Assembly (NCBI GenBank): GCA_902525035.1
Contig: CABZFN010000002.1
Coordinates: 57,603-121,602 of the forward strand
DNA from: an uncultured Alphaproteobacteria bacterium
GTDB lineage: Bacteria; Pseudomonadota; Alphaproteobacteria; HIMB59; GCA-002718135
Reading direction: 5' to 3'
Length of the DNA: 64,000 nucleotides
In this document: one piece after another, positions 1 through 11,760 of the stretch
Layout of the letters: each line of letters begins with the position of its first letter
Position numbering within the stretch: the stretch's first letter is position 1
Position numbers and translations under genes: made by a program
The notes under the pieces: model-generated
The model's input: the letters and a program-made list of their open reading frames with translations, nothing else
Told to the model about the DNA's origin: nothing
The model's database searches: none

Positions 1-736
1 CATTACTCATAATTTTTTTATTAACAGTAAAGTTTTTAAAATATTTTATTTTATTGTTTTTTTCTCCCATAGAAACCCAAACATCGGTCATTATACAATT
101 TGATTTTTTTGCACCTTCAATAGGATCTACTAAATGTTTTAAATTTTTATTTTTAAACTTTAGAAATTCATTTTTATAATGTTTAAAAATTTGACGTGGC
201 ACAACAATATTAAGTTTAAAATTATAAATATTTTGTAAATGAATAAGTGAACGTAAAACATTATTGTAATCACCTATCCAAACGATAAATAAATTTTTGT
301 AGTTTTTAAAATTCTCTTGCAAGGTTAAAAAATCACCAAGTATTTGACACGGATGACTATATTCAGTTAAACCATTTATAATTGGAAGAATATTTTGTTT
401 ACTTAAGTTTACTATTTGTTTGTGATTATCATTTCTTATCATTAAACAATCAATATATTGGCTTAATACATTAAGAACATCTTCAGCCTTTTCCCTTTTA
501 TTATCAAAGCCTATATCTTTACTTTGCAGTTCTAAAACAGAACCACCTAATTTTTGCATTCCTACATTAAAGCTTAGTCTAGTTCTTAATGATTGCTTTT
601 CAAAAATTAGACCCAGAGTTTTATCTTTACAAGATGAAAAATATTTTTTTGGATTTTTTTTAATTTTTTTAGCAAGTGAAATTATTTCGTCAATTTCTTT
701 TTTTTTTAAATTATTTATATCAATAAAATGTTTCAT
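1..736 (-). CDS. argF: Ornithine carbamoyltransferase (3' end runs off the window)
   Basis: Manual translation from ATG at 736 (ATGA overlap with the argD stop): MKHFIDI...IFEKQSLRTRLSF...INGLTEYSHPCQ...WIGDYNNV...TDVWVSMGE. Confidence 0.92.
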   Translation of the reverse strand, partial: MKHFIDINNLKKKEIDEIISLAKKIKKNPKKYFSSCKDKTLGLIFEKQSLRTRLSFNVGMQKLGGSVLELQSKDIGFDNKREKAEDVLNVLSQYIDCLMIRNDNHKQIVNLSKQNILPIINGLTEYSHPCQILGDFLTLQENFKNYKNLFIVWIGDYNNVLRSLIHLQNIYNFKLNIVVPRQIFKHYKNEFLKFKNKNLKHLVDPIEGAKKSNCIMTDVWVSMGEKNNKIKYFKNFTVNKKIMSN

Positions 737-1911
737 CTTGATAATTCCTTCAAGCTTCTTTTAATTATAGCAATTGATTTATCAATCTCTTTATAAGATA
801 CAATAAGTGGCGGTGCTAATCTTACTGTATTATCTGCCGCAGGTACATTAAGTAATTTATTTTTTTTAAGTTGTTCAGAAAAATCTATATTGCTAATATT
901 TGTTTTAATTCCTAATAAAAATCCTGCACCTCTAACCTCTGAAATAATATTTGATGAATTCTCTAATTTTTTTAAATTTTTCCAGAAATATCTTGCTGTT
1001 TTATCAACTTTTGAAAGAAATTTTTTATTAGAGATAATTTTTAAAACTTCTAAACCTACACTCATGGCTAACGGATTACCACCATAGGTTGATCCATGAC
1101 TACCTTTAGTCATTGCAATACATGCTTTGTTTGTAGACATGCAAGCTCCAAGTGGAAAACCCGATCCAATACCTTTTGCTACAGATATAATATCAGGTTT
1201 TATTTTAGCCCATTCATGTGAAAATAATTTACCTGATCTTCCAAATCCGCACTGAACCTCATCAAAAAAAAGTAAAATTTTCTTTTCGTTACAGATTTTT
1301 CTTAATAATTTTAAAAAACTTAAATTAGCAGGACGAATACCTCCTTCTCCTTGAATTGGTTCAATAATAATACCAGCTGTTTTTTTGTTTATTGCCGAGA
1401 TTAATTTTTTTTCATTATTAAATTCAATTTGTTTAAAGCCTTTAAGCAAAGGGCCAAAACCTTTAGAGTATTTTTTGTTTTTTTGTGCTGAAAGAGCTCC
1501 ATAAGTTCTTCCATGGAAAGCACCATCAAAAGTAATAATCTCAGTTTTATTAGTCTTGTGATATGAATGATATCCTCTTATTATTTTAATTCCACATTCA
1601 ATAGATTCAGCTCCTGAATTAGTAAAAAAAACTTTGTCTGCAAAAGATTTTTTACAAAGTAATTTTGCAAATTGTTCTTGTTTTTTAATATTATATAAGT
1701 TTGAAACATGCCATAGTTGTTTCGATTGCTTATTAAGCACCTCTATCAGTTTAGGATGGCAATGACCAAGAGAGTTAACTGCTATTCCACTTGCAAAATC
1801 TAAATATTTTTTATTTTGACTAGAGTATAAATAACATCCTTTACCTTTTACAAATTCGAGAGTTTTATTCCCATAAGTTGGCATGACGTTTGATAAAAGT
1901 TTATTAACCAT
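733..1911 (-). CDS. argD: Acetylornithine aminotransferase (class III PLP)
   Basis: YLDFASGIAVNSLGH, FHGRT, EPIQGEGG, FDEVQCG, AKGIGSGFP; coupled to argF. Confidence 0.93.
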   Translation of the reverse strand: MVNKLLSNVMPTYGNKTLEFVKGKGCYLYSSQNKKYLDFASGIAVNSLGHCHPKLIEVLNKQSKQLWHVSNLYNIKKQEQFAKLLCKKSFADKVFFTNSGAESIECGIKIIRGYHSYHKTNKTEIITFDGAFHGRTYGALSAQKNKKYSKGFGPLLKGFKQIEFNNEKKLISAINKKTAGIIIEPIQGEGGIRPANLSFLKLLRKICNEKKILLFFDEVQCGFGRSGKLFSHEWAKIKPDIISVAKGIGSGFPLGACMSTNKACIAMTKGSHGSTYGGNPLAMSVGLEVLKIISNKKFLSKVDKTARYFWKNLKKLENSSNIISEVRGAGFLLGIKTNISNIDFSEQLKKNKLLNVPAADNTVRLAPPLIVSYKEIDKSIAIIKRSLKELSR

Positions 1912-1913
1912 AT

Positions 1914-2684
1914 TTAAAATTTAATTTTATATCCTTTACGAAACATAAAATAGCATAATAAAATTAACATAATATTAATAATTATTAAGAAGATTGATCC
2001 TTGAATTAGTGAGCTATCAGAAATACCTGTAAAAGCATACCTGAAACCATCAATATTATAGAAGAATGGATTGAATGATGAAACTGTCTGCCAAAACTCA
2101 GGAAGTCTTGAAATTGAATAGAAAGTTCCTGATAAAAAAGTAAGAGGTAATACGATAAAGTTAGTTATACCTTGTTGTTGATCCCATTTGTCTGCCCAAA
2201 TACCAACGATTGTTCCTAAAGTTCCCATCATTGTACATCCTGTTAAAGTAAAAAATAATAAAGCAATATAAGAGTGAACAGTTAGAGGGACAAATATCAT
2301 AACCACCAAAGTAGTAACTATACCGCATAAAATACCTCTACAAACTGAGCCAATTATAAATCCAAATGCTAATTCAACATTGTTTAATGGAGCCATTAAT
2401 ATGTCTACAATATTTCCTTGAAATTTTGATTGACCAATACTTGATGCCGAATTAGCAAAAGAGTTTTGAAGCATCGTCATCATTATTAAACCAGGTGCAA
2501 TAAAATAAGGCAGATCAATACCATTTATTGAATTTACAGATCTGCCTAAAGCTAAGCTAAAAACAGCTAAAAATAATAAAGAGCTAATAGCTGGTCCAAT
2601 AACTGTTTGTATCCCAACTTTTAAGAACCTAAACACTTCTTTTTTTACTAATGTAAGAAAACAAAGATAATTATAGTAAATCAT
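1914..2684 (-). CDS. ABC-2 type transporter permease (YadH-like)
   Basis: KEVFRF start, FIAPGLIMM, PLTFLSGTFYS, FNPFFYNIDGFRY; hydrophobic helices. Confidence 0.88.
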   Translation of the reverse strand: MIYYNYLCFLTLVKKEVFRFLKVGIQTVIGPAISSLLFLAVFSLALGRSVNSINGIDLPYFIAPGLIMMTMLQNSFANSASSIGQSKFQGNIVDILMAPLNNVELAFGFIIGSVCRGILCGIVTTLVVMIFVPLTVHSYIALLFFTLTGCTMMGTLGTIVGIWADKWDQQQGITNFIVLPLTFLSGTFYSISRLPEFWQTVSSFNPFFYNIDGFRYAFTGISDSSLIQGSIFLIIINIMLILLCYFMFRKGYKIKF

Positions 2685-2717
2685 ATTAGAAGTTTTCTTT
2701 TAATATATTTAAATTAT

Positions 2718-3203
2718 TTGTATATTAATTTAGTGGACGAAAAAAAACTCTTAAAATATGCCGTTGATTACTTAAGTAAATACGATTCCTCAAAGAATAA
2801 TTTAGTTAGTGTACTTAAAAGAAAAATTTTTAGATTGAAAATAACAAATTTTGAGAAAAAAAAACTAATAGATATTATTGAAAGTATAATTTCAAAATTA
2901 GAAAAAAATAAATTTATTGATGATGATAGATATAGCTCTACAAAAATTCTTTCTTTGTCTAATTCTGGAAGATCTAAGAGTTTTATTTTCAATTACTTAA
3001 TAAAAAAAGGAGTGAATAAATCTCAAATTCAAAATAATTTAAATTCAATGAATCAAAATAACAATAATTGGGAATTAGAGTCAGCAAAAATATTTGTAAC
3101 GAAAAAAAAATTGTTAAAAAAAAATGAAAGTTATGAAAAAAAATTAGCAAAAATGGCAAGAGCTGGTTTTAGTTATGATATATGTAAAAAAATATTAGGT
3201 TAA
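2718..3203 (+). CDS. recX: RecX family regulatory protein
   Basis: A..YLSKY, FIDDDRY, GRS..I...L..KGV, ARAGFSYD motifs; start codon uncertain. Confidence 0.8.
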   Translation: MYINLVDEKKLLKYAVDYLSKYDSSKNNLVSVLKRKIFRLKITNFEKKKLIDIIESIISKLEKNKFIDDDRYSSTKILSLSNSGRSKSFIFNYLIKKGVNKSQIQNNLNSMNQNNNNWELESAKIFVTKKKLLKKNESYEKKLAKMARAGFSYDICKKILG

Positions 3204-4204
3204 GTTTCTTTAATATGAATCTTACCTTCCAGTAACCTAGCAATTTGCTTAGTTGTTTCAAATCTTTCAAATGAAATTCTTATAATTGCAGTTAAAGGTG
3301 CTGCAAGAAGAACTCCGATAAATCCCCAAATCATTCCCCAGAAAATTAAAGATAAAAGAATCGTAATTGGATGTAATCCAAAACTCTCACCAAATATTTT
3401 TGGTTCTACAAAATTTCCTACTATTTGATGAATAATAGTAGGTAAAATTATAATTAGTACAACTAATGATGGATCGTTATATTGAAGGAATGCGATTGGT
3501 AGTGGAAGTAAAACAGCAATTACAGAACCAATAACTGGAATAAAATTTAAAATAAATGTCAAGCTTCCAAATATGAAAGCTAATTCTAAACCTAATATCC
3601 AATAAATTAATCCTGCTGCAATACCTGTAAAAGCTGATGTTAAAAATTTTGTAAATATATATTTTTTTACTAATCTAATAATATCGTTCCACTCATCAGA
3701 GGTATTCTTAGGAGGAGTGCCAAGTAATAGGAAAAGAGTTATTATTACAACTAGGAGAAACTTTGAAATAAAATTTGCACTATTACTTAATATGGTTGCA
3801 GCCCAATTAGTAATGGGTAAGTCTGCAATTGTATTTCTAATTGTTTCTCTATCAATATAAATTTCAAATTGTTGAAGCTGTATTATGATTGCCTCAATTA
3901 AAATGATTACTTTTTGATTATAGTCATCTGCAGACTCTAAAAATGTTGCTACAGAAGAAACAATAAAAGGAACTAAAATTGAGAATAGAAGTACAATTAA
4001 ACAAATACTAATAAAAACTGCTATAAACCTGTGTACACGAAGATTTATAGTCTGAAAATCAATTATTGGATCGATTAATATCCTTAAAAGAAGTGCCAAA
4101 ACAAATGGGACCATTATAGGTTGAGAGAAATTTAAAATAAATGCAACGGCGATACAGGCCAATATAAAAAGAGAGCCAGAAATTACGCGATTATTTTCAT
4201 TCAT
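3200..4204 (-). CDS. AI-2E family (PerM/TqsA-like) transporter
   Basis: LNFIPVIGS, GNFVEPKIFG, LHP..ILLSL.FWG..WG..G.LLA.P. Confidence 0.88.
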   Translation of the reverse strand: MNENNRVISGSLFILACIAVAFILNFSQPIMVPFVLALLLRILIDPIIDFQTINLRVHRFIAVFISICLIVLLFSILVPFIVSSVATFLESADDYNQKVIILIEAIIIQLQQFEIYIDRETIRNTIADLPITNWAATILSNSANFISKFLLVVIITLFLLLGTPPKNTSDEWNDIIRLVKKYIFTKFLTSAFTGIAAGLIYWILGLELAFIFGSLTFILNFIPVIGSVIAVLLPLPIAFLQYNDPSLVVLIIILPTIIHQIVGNFVEPKIFGESFGLHPITILLSLIFWGMIWGFIGVLLAAPLTAIIRISFERFETTKQIARLLEGKIHIKET

Positions 4205-5340
4205 TATTTCTTAGTAGATAGAGGATTAAAAATTTCTGTTTTTTCATCTGATAATTTTTCAACATAAAGTGACTGACTTGGAAAAGCAAAACCAGCTTTA
4301 TTATTTTCAACTATTTCTATTATCTTCACAGCAAGGTTTTCTTTTATTTTTAAATATTCTGCCCAATCATTTGTAACAGTAAATGTTTGTACTAACATAT
4401 CAATTGAGCTATCAGAAAAACTATCTATTCGAACATAAAAGCTAGCATTTTGATTTTTTGCAAAGTTATCATCTTTCTCAATTAAAATGTTAATCTCGTC
4501 TCTGATATTTTTTAATTGATCAATACTAGTTTTATATTCTAATCCAATTAGCCATCTTATACGTCTATGATGTCTTCTTGTGTAATTAGTTACAGACTGC
4601 TCTGCAAATTTATAATTTGGAACCATTACTGGAGTTGAATCAAATCTTCTTACAAGTGTTGATCTAAATCCAATTTGTTCAACAACTCCCTCTACTTCAC
4701 CTGAAACTAATATAACATCACCAACAGTAAACCTCTTTTCCATTAGTATCATGATACCACTAATTAAATTTTTAAATAAATCTTGAGCGCCCAGTGCAAC
4801 TGCTACACCAAATAAACCTAATCCTGCAATTACAGGCCCCACTCTTATTCCCCACAATTCTAAAATTGCTACAGCTCCGAGAACAATAACAAGAATTTTT
4901 AAACCTTTCAGAGTCCAATCAACTAACGGTTTCGAAATTTTTGACTCAAAGTTTTTTATTACAAATGAAAACGGTATAATTAATTGATGCAGTAACCAGA
5001 ATATAAAAATTGTAATTAATGATCTGTTTAGTAAATCTAAAAAATCTTGATTATTATCAGAAACATCCAAGTACGAAGAAGCTATAAAGAAACCTAAAAC
5101 AACAGGAAGAAATTTTAATGGTCCATCAAGTACTTCAATAACAGCATCATCAATTTGATTGGAAGTTTTTGAAACAATTCTTGATAATCGATTAAGAATA
5201 AATCTAGCTATAAGCCTTCTGAGTAAATAAAAAAGTAGGAAAATTAGAAGGCTTACTATGATATCTGTAGCATTTATGCCAAAAACACCGTTATTCCAAA
5301 CATCTAAAAAAAGGTCTGCAAAGCTATTGAATGTTTCCAT
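4204..5340 (-). CDS. Small-conductance mechanosensitive channel (MscS family)
   Basis: AGLGLFGVAVALGAQDLFKNLISG, FTVGD, EGVVEQIGFRST. Confidence 0.92.
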   Translation of the reverse strand: METFNSFADLFLDVWNNGVFGINATDIIVSLLIFLLFYLLRRLIARFILNRLSRIVSKTSNQIDDAVIEVLDGPLKFLPVVLGFFIASSYLDVSDNNQDFLDLLNRSLITIFIFWLLHQLIIPFSFVIKNFESKISKPLVDWTLKGLKILVIVLGAVAILELWGIRVGPVIAGLGLFGVAVALGAQDLFKNLISGIMILMEKRFTVGDVILVSGEVEGVVEQIGFRSTLVRRFDSTPVMVPNYKFAEQSVTNYTRRHHRRIRWLIGLEYKTSIDQLKNIRDEINILIEKDDNFAKNQNASFYVRIDSFSDSSIDMLVQTFTVTNDWAEYLKIKENLAVKIIEIVENNKAGFAFPSQSLYVEKLSDEKTEIFNPLSTKK

Positions 5341-5366
5341 AAGCGATATATTTATTACTCACTAAC

Positions 5367-5903
5367 ATGAAATTTAAATTTTTACTTGTTTTTTTGATTA
5401 TGCTTAACGTAAAGAATACATTATTAGCTAATGAAATAGTGAATTTATATGATTTTTCATTTGAAGATATTGACGGCAATCAGGTTAATTTAAATAAGTT
5501 TGCTGGTAAGCCCATTTTAATAGTAAATACAGCTTCAAGATGTGGTTTCACTCCACAGTATGAAGATCTTCAAAACTTATTTATTAACTATAGAAAAAGT
5601 GATTTAACAATAATAGCTACTACGAGCAATTCCTTCAATCAAGAATATTCAGATACTGAAGATATTAAAAAAATATGTTTAGTGAACTACAATGTAGGTT
5701 TTGTTACTTCATCGCCAATGGATGTTAAAGGAAGTAGTGCCCATCCAATTTATTCCTGGATTGACAAAGAGTATAATGAAAAACCAAAATGGAATTTTTA
5801 TAAATATCTTTTTGATAGAAATGGACAGCTCGTCAAAACTTGGTCTTCTATGACAAGACCAGATAGTACTAAAATTACAAATCTGATAGACCGATTAATT
5901 TAA
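5367..5903 (+). CDS. Glutathione peroxidase family protein (Cys type, with signal peptide)
   Basis: VNTASRCGFTPQY, FNQE, PKWNFYKYL. Confidence 0.92.
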   Translation: MKFKFLLVFLIMLNVKNTLLANEIVNLYDFSFEDIDGNQVNLNKFAGKPILIVNTASRCGFTPQYEDLQNLFINYRKSDLTIIATTSNSFNQEYSDTEDIKKICLVNYNVGFVTSSPMDVKGSSAHPIYSWIDKEYNEKPKWNFYKYLFDRNGQLVKTWSSMTRPDSTKITNLIDRLI

Positions 5904-5929
5904 AAAAAAAGGGCAAATAAATTTGCCCT
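5902..5929 (-). terminator. Intrinsic terminator downstream of groEL (possibly bidirectional)
   Basis: AGGGCAAAT-aa-ATTTGCCCT stem flanked by an A9 run (U-tract on the minus strand). Confidence 0.8.
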
Positions 5930-5954
5930 CTTCTTATTATTATTTTTTCAAAGG

Positions 5955-7640
<1,686 letters not shown>

Positions 7641-7651
7641 TTACTATATTA

Positions 7652-7957
7652 CTATTTCTTTTTCTTACCTGAAGTTATAATTCCCATAATGTCAGACTCT
7701 TTCATTATCAGAAAGTCGTCACCATTCATTTTTACTTCAGTACCAGACCATTTTCCAAAAAGTATTTTATCTCCTTTTTTGACATCCAAAGGTACTAGTT
7801 TTCCTGTTTCATCTCTTGCTCCAGAACCAATTTCTAATACTTCACCTTCCATTGGTTTTTCTTGGGCAGTATCAGGGATAATTATTCCCCCTGCTGTTTT
7901 TTGATCAGAGTCTACTCTTTTTACTAAGACTCTATCATGTAAAGGTCTAAATTTCAT
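7652..7957 (-). CDS. groS: Co-chaperonin GroES
   Basis: [25 protein letters not shown]. Confidence 0.99.
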   Translation of the reverse strand: MKFRPLHDRVLVKRVDSDQKTAGGIIIPDTAQEKPMEGEVLEIGSGARDETGKLVPLDVKKGDKILFGKWSGTEVKMNGDDFLIMKESDIMGIITSGKKKK

Positions 7958-7999
7958 ATTTCCTCTTTTGTTAACTAATTGAAATTAAATAATTTTTTA

Positions 8000-8026
8000 T
8001 TAGCACTCTCATTATGAGAGTGCTAG
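8000..8026. promoter_or_regulatory. CIRCE element (HrcA operator) upstream of groES
   Basis: TTAGCACTC-N9-GAGTGCTAG against consensus TTAGCACTC-N9-GAGTGCTAA; ~43 bp upstream of groES. Confidence 0.95.
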
Positions 8027-8109
8027 TTATTTAAGCATTATTAAAGTCTATTCAAGAAGAAAACAAAAAAAAATTCGAATTAGCCAAACTTATGATATTT
8101 TGAAAAAAA

Positions 8110-9132
8110 ATGATATTTTTCAGTGTTTTTTTTAGAACTCTTGGTTTTTTGAGTGCATTATTAATTTTTATAATAATTATTAATTTAGTACTTTATTTTT
8201 CTAATGAACTAGAAAAAAAACAGTTTGTAATGACTGAAGGTATACCTAGTTCAAATAATATTATAGCTAATATTAATTTAAATGGACCAATATTTAATAA
8301 TAAAAGCAATGTTTTAGGAAATAATCTTTACGATTACATCAATCCCTCGCAGGTAAAATCTTATTTAGAAGAGTTAAAAGAACTAGAAATCAAGGCTCTA
8401 ATTATAAACATTAATTCTCCAGGTGGAACAGTAAGTGCTACTGCTGAGTTAGAACAAATTATTTATGAATTTAAAAAACACACAAATATTAGAGTGTATT
8501 TTTTTACAAAAGAGATTTTAGCATCTGGAGGATACTGGGTTGCAACCACAGCTGATAAAATATTTGCTTCATACGGATCTATTATAGGCAGTATAGGAGT
8601 AAGTGGACCAAGTTGGTTCTACTATAATACACCAACAAGTCTATCTTCAGGAATCTTTGGTCAGACAATTGAGACTAAAGAAGGAATAGAAGTTTTTAAT
8701 CAGAATGCTGGGGATGGAAAAGATTTGTTTAATCCATATAGAAAACCTACAAAAGATGAAATTCAACACCTACAGAATATTGTTGATGATGTTTATAATG
8801 ATTTTATAACAAAAGTTTCAAAAAGTCGTAAAATTGAAATTTCTAATATAAAAAATAATATTGGTGCTTTAATTTATAGTAGTAATCAAGCAAAAAATAA
8901 TTTTTTGATTGATGATATTTTAAATTACGAAACACTTATAAAATTAATAATTAAAGAAAATGAATTTGAAGATTACAAAATTTATGAAAATAAAGTAAGT
9001 AATTCAATATTTGAAAATCTGCTGGTAAAATACAAAGATGAAAATAAAGATAAATATTCATTCAAGAATATTTGTAGAAATTTAGAAACTAATATTAGTG
9101 TTGTAATTCCAATATATTTAAAAGATTGTTAA
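8110..9132 (+). CDS. S49 family peptidase (SppA-like)
   Basis: ININSPGG, ASGGYWVA, SIIGSIGV; N-terminal TM anchor. Confidence 0.88.
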   Translation: MIFFSVFFRTLGFLSALLIFIIIINLVLYFSNELEKKQFVMTEGIPSSNNIIANINLNGPIFNNKSNVLGNNLYDYINPSQVKSYLEELKELEIKALIININSPGGTVSATAELEQIIYEFKKHTNIRVYFFTKEILASGGYWVATTADKIFASYGSIIGSIGVSGPSWFYYNTPTSLSSGIFGQTIETKEGIEVFNQNAGDGKDLFNPYRKPTKDEIQHLQNIVDDVYNDFITKVSKSRKIEISNIKNNIGALIYSSNQAKNNFLIDDILNYETLIKLIIKENEFEDYKIYENKVSNSIFENLLVKYKDENKDKYSFKNICRNLETNISVVIPIYLKDC

Positions 9133-9133
9133 G

Positions 9134-10156
9134 CTAAATAATTTTACTTAGTTCCTGTATTTTAACAATTAGATTTTTATAGTAATTGCTTTGAGATAAT
9201 ACACTTTTGTGAATATATTTTTTTGCTAAAGCAGAATGATTTTCAACTTCTACTGAATCTGAAATGACTTTACTATGCTTAAGATTATTGATTAGACATA
9301 GGTTTAAATATCTGTCTTCAAGAATTTTTTCATTATCTCTAAATGAAGGTGTGATCTCCAAAATTTCCGTTCCAGGTTTGCAAAAAATAATATTTGCTAA
9401 ATTAGATCCATGTGGAGCAATAATTTTTTCGGCATTAGAAAAGATTTCTATTTGCTCATCTATTTCATACAACTGAGGATTAATAACTTTATATCCCTTA
9501 TCTCTCAAAAGAGTTACAACATCACCTTCATTAACAATTTTTCTATAATTTGATCCTTCTCTACTTACATATATTTTTTTACTTAACTCTACATTAGTTT
9601 TTGGATTAATAAATTTTTTTAATATTTCAATTGAGTCGTTCATATTCAAAAACTGTGGAAATTCAGAATCTATAAAATGATAAAAATCGTCGTCTAGAAA
9701 CACGAATGTAAATTCAATATTTAGAGATTTTAGAATACCTCCAATAAAGTTTCTATATTTGTTTGATGAGTTTCTATGAATTGCTAGTTTAAGATTTGTT
9801 TTTTTATTAAAAAAAATCCTTGGAAGAAATTGTAGTAAATTTGAATAATAATTATTACCCGCATTTGATCCAAGAATATATAATTCTTTAAATTTTTTAA
9901 ATGAATTATTATTATCTTTAAAATTATCAAAAAATTTTTGCGAATAAAAATGAGAAATATTGTTAAGATCTCTTGTAAATAAAGATGAAAATGTTTCATT
10001 GTTTTCTGTAATTGGAAAATAGTAAAATGGATCAGAAAAAAAATTGCCTTTAAGTATATTACAATTAATCGATAAATTACTGAAATTTGCATTAAAAAAT
10101 AAATTTGATAAACGATTATCACTTTTTATTTTGCCAGAATGTATATCAATTATCAT
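9134..10156 (-). CDS. Glycosyltransferase family 61 / DUF563-like protein
   Basis: KIYVSR...RKIVNE, EQIEIFSNAEKIIAPHGSNLANIIFCKPGT.ILEI. Confidence 0.75.
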   Translation of the reverse strand: MIIDIHSGKIKSDNRLSNLFFNANFSNLSINCNILKGNFFSDPFYYFPITENNETFSSLFTRDLNNISHFYSQKFFDNFKDNNNSFKKFKELYILGSNAGNNYYSNLLQFLPRIFFNKKTNLKLAIHRNSSNKYRNFIGGILKSLNIEFTFVFLDDDFYHFIDSEFPQFLNMNDSIEILKKFINPKTNVELSKKIYVSREGSNYRKIVNEGDVVTLLRDKGYKVINPQLYEIDEQIEIFSNAEKIIAPHGSNLANIIFCKPGTEILEITPSFRDNEKILEDRYLNLCLINNLKHSKVISDSVEVENHSALAKKYIHKSVLSQSNYYKNLIVKIQELSKII

Positions 10157-10212
10157 TTTATTAACTTAACTAATACAGATTTATCAAAATTTATATAATA
10201 ACATTTAATTTG

Positions 10213-10289
10213 TGGCGCGCCTGAGAAGAGTCGAACTCCTAACCTTATGATCCGTAGTCATACGCTCTATCCAATTGAGCTACAGGCGC
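10213..10289 (-). tRNA. tRNA-Arg(ACG)
   Basis: Minus strand reads GCGCCTGTAGCTCAATTGGATAGAGCG-TATGA-CTACGGA-TCATA-AGGTTAGGAGTTCGACTCTTCTCAGGCGCGCCA; CCA end encoded. Confidence 0.97.
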
Positions 10290-10340
10290 TAATTAATATT
10301 ATACACTTTAAGTAAATCCTATGCTACTTTATAAAAAAAT

Positions 10341-10892
10341 ATGAAACTTATACTTGCATTACTACTATTTACTTCTTTTTCAAAAATTAGTTATTCTAAT
10401 ATAGGTAAAGTGACTGGCCTTGAGATACCAAGATATGTATCTTTAAAATCTAATGACTCAAATATACGTGTAGGTCCAAGCAAAAATTATCCTATTGTAA
10501 TAAAGTATATTAACAAACATTTCCCATTGAAAATAATTGAAGAATATGAAGAGTGGAGAAAAATTGAAGATCACATGAATAATATCGGATGGATTCATAG
10601 AAGTTTAATAACTGGTGATAGAAGTGGGATTATTATATCTAATGATAATGAAAATATTGGTATTTTAAATACAGTTGGTGGAAAAATTATTGGAAAAATA
10701 GGTATAGGAAATATTGTTTCATTAAATAAGTGTAAGATTGATTGGTGTTTTATTTCGACTGATAGTTATAAAGGGTGGATTAGCAAGAATAATATATGGG
10801 GTGTTGAAAAAAAAGAGATATTTAAAATAAGTTTTTATCAGAATGTTGAAGATTTTTATTGGTGGAGTATTAATACTATTGATAGTTTATGA
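10341..10892 (+). CDS. Bacterial SH3-domain protein (two SH3-like domains, signal peptide)
   Basis: TGL.IPRYVSLK...NIRVGPS..YPI, EWRKI.D....GWIH.SL, GWI....IWGV. Confidence 0.85.
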   Translation: MKLILALLLFTSFSKISYSNIGKVTGLEIPRYVSLKSNDSNIRVGPSKNYPIVIKYINKHFPLKIIEEYEEWRKIEDHMNNIGWIHRSLITGDRSGIIISNDNENIGILNTVGGKIIGKIGIGNIVSLNKCKIDWCFISTDSYKGWISKNNIWGVEKKEIFKISFYQNVEDFYWWSINTIDSL

Positions 10893-10908
10893 GAAAGATT
10901 TTAAAATC

Positions 10909-10953
10909 TGGTTGGGGGGTAGGATTCCAACCAATGAATGCCAACTCCAAAAA
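10909..10953 (-). repeat. Degenerate copy of the tRNA-Gln 3' half (att-like site 1)
   Basis: tggttggggggtaggattccaaccaatgaatgccaactccaaaaa matches 13274-13319 at 40/46 positions (one gap); similarity ends at the anticodon loop. Confidence 0.9.
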
Positions 10954-11065
10954 TAGATAAATTAATTATTGATATTAAAAAAGTTAATAAAATTTTGTAA
11001 ATTCTTTCTGTTATCTGAAAAATTACTTTTTGAATCCAGAGGATTTGCAGCGAAAATCAAGAGTG

Positions 11066-11091
11066 ATTTAGCCCTTAAAGAAGGGCTAAAT
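11066..11091 (-). terminator. Hairpin terminator of the fasciclin gene
   Basis: ATTTAGCCCTT-aaag-AAGGGCTAAAT perfect 11-bp stem, 3 nt after the stop codon. Confidence 0.75.
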
Positions 11092-11094
11092 TAA

Positions 11095-11577
11095 TTATTG
11101 TGGTAATACTACTTTATTAATGACATGAATAACACCATTTGTAGTTTCTATATCTGCTGTAATGACTTCTGCATCATTTACAAAAACTTTACCGTTTTCT
11201 GCTTTTACAATTAACTTCTGACCATTAACTGTCTCTGCTTCAATAGTTCCGGATATATCTCCTGACATTACTTTTCCAGAAATCACGTGGTATGTTAAAA
11301 TTCCAGCTAGAGTACTTTTATTTTCTGGTTTAAGAAGTTCATTCAAAGTTTCTTCGTCAATAAGAGCAAATGCATCATCTGTAGGTGCAAATACTGTAAT
11401 AGGACCCGTGCCTTTGAGTGTGTCAACTAAATCTGCTGCTTGTACTGCAGCAACCAATGTATTAAACGAGCCAGCTTTAATTGCAGTATCCACAATGTCA
11501 TGTTTGTGTCCGTCTGCTTTTAAAACATTAGCAAAGAATACGAATGGAATAACTAATGTAATGAATATTTTTTTCAT
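11095..11577 (-). CDS. Fasciclin (FAS1) domain protein, secreted
   Basis: [47 protein letters not shown]. Confidence 0.95.
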   Translation of the reverse strand: MKKIFITLVIPFVFFANVLKADGHKHDIVDTAIKAGSFNTLVAAVQAADLVDTLKGTGPITVFAPTDDAFALIDEETLNELLKPENKSTLAGILTYHVISGKVMSGDISGTIEAETVNGQKLIVKAENGKVFVNDAEVITADIETTNGVIHVINKVVLPQ

Positions 11578-11760
11578 AATATTTCCTTTCTAATAATTTA
11601 AATTTAGTCTGAAAAAAATTAATAAAATGTGACAACCTGTACAAATAAAATTTTTAAAAAAATTTTTTAAATTTTTTTATAAAATTAATTTTTAATAAGT
11701 ATCAATAGTGCGGCGTATGTGTCGCAAAAACTTACAATTCATAGACGATGACGTAATTAT

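Noticed and set aside
5367-5903. Possible selenoprotein glutathione peroxidase
   Set aside because: The active-site codon is TGT (Cys); no in-frame TGA
9134-10212. GT61 gene as an island integrated at tRNA-Arg
   Set aside because: No tRNA-Arg 3' repeat is visible at the far end; the gene abuts the peptidase stop codon directly
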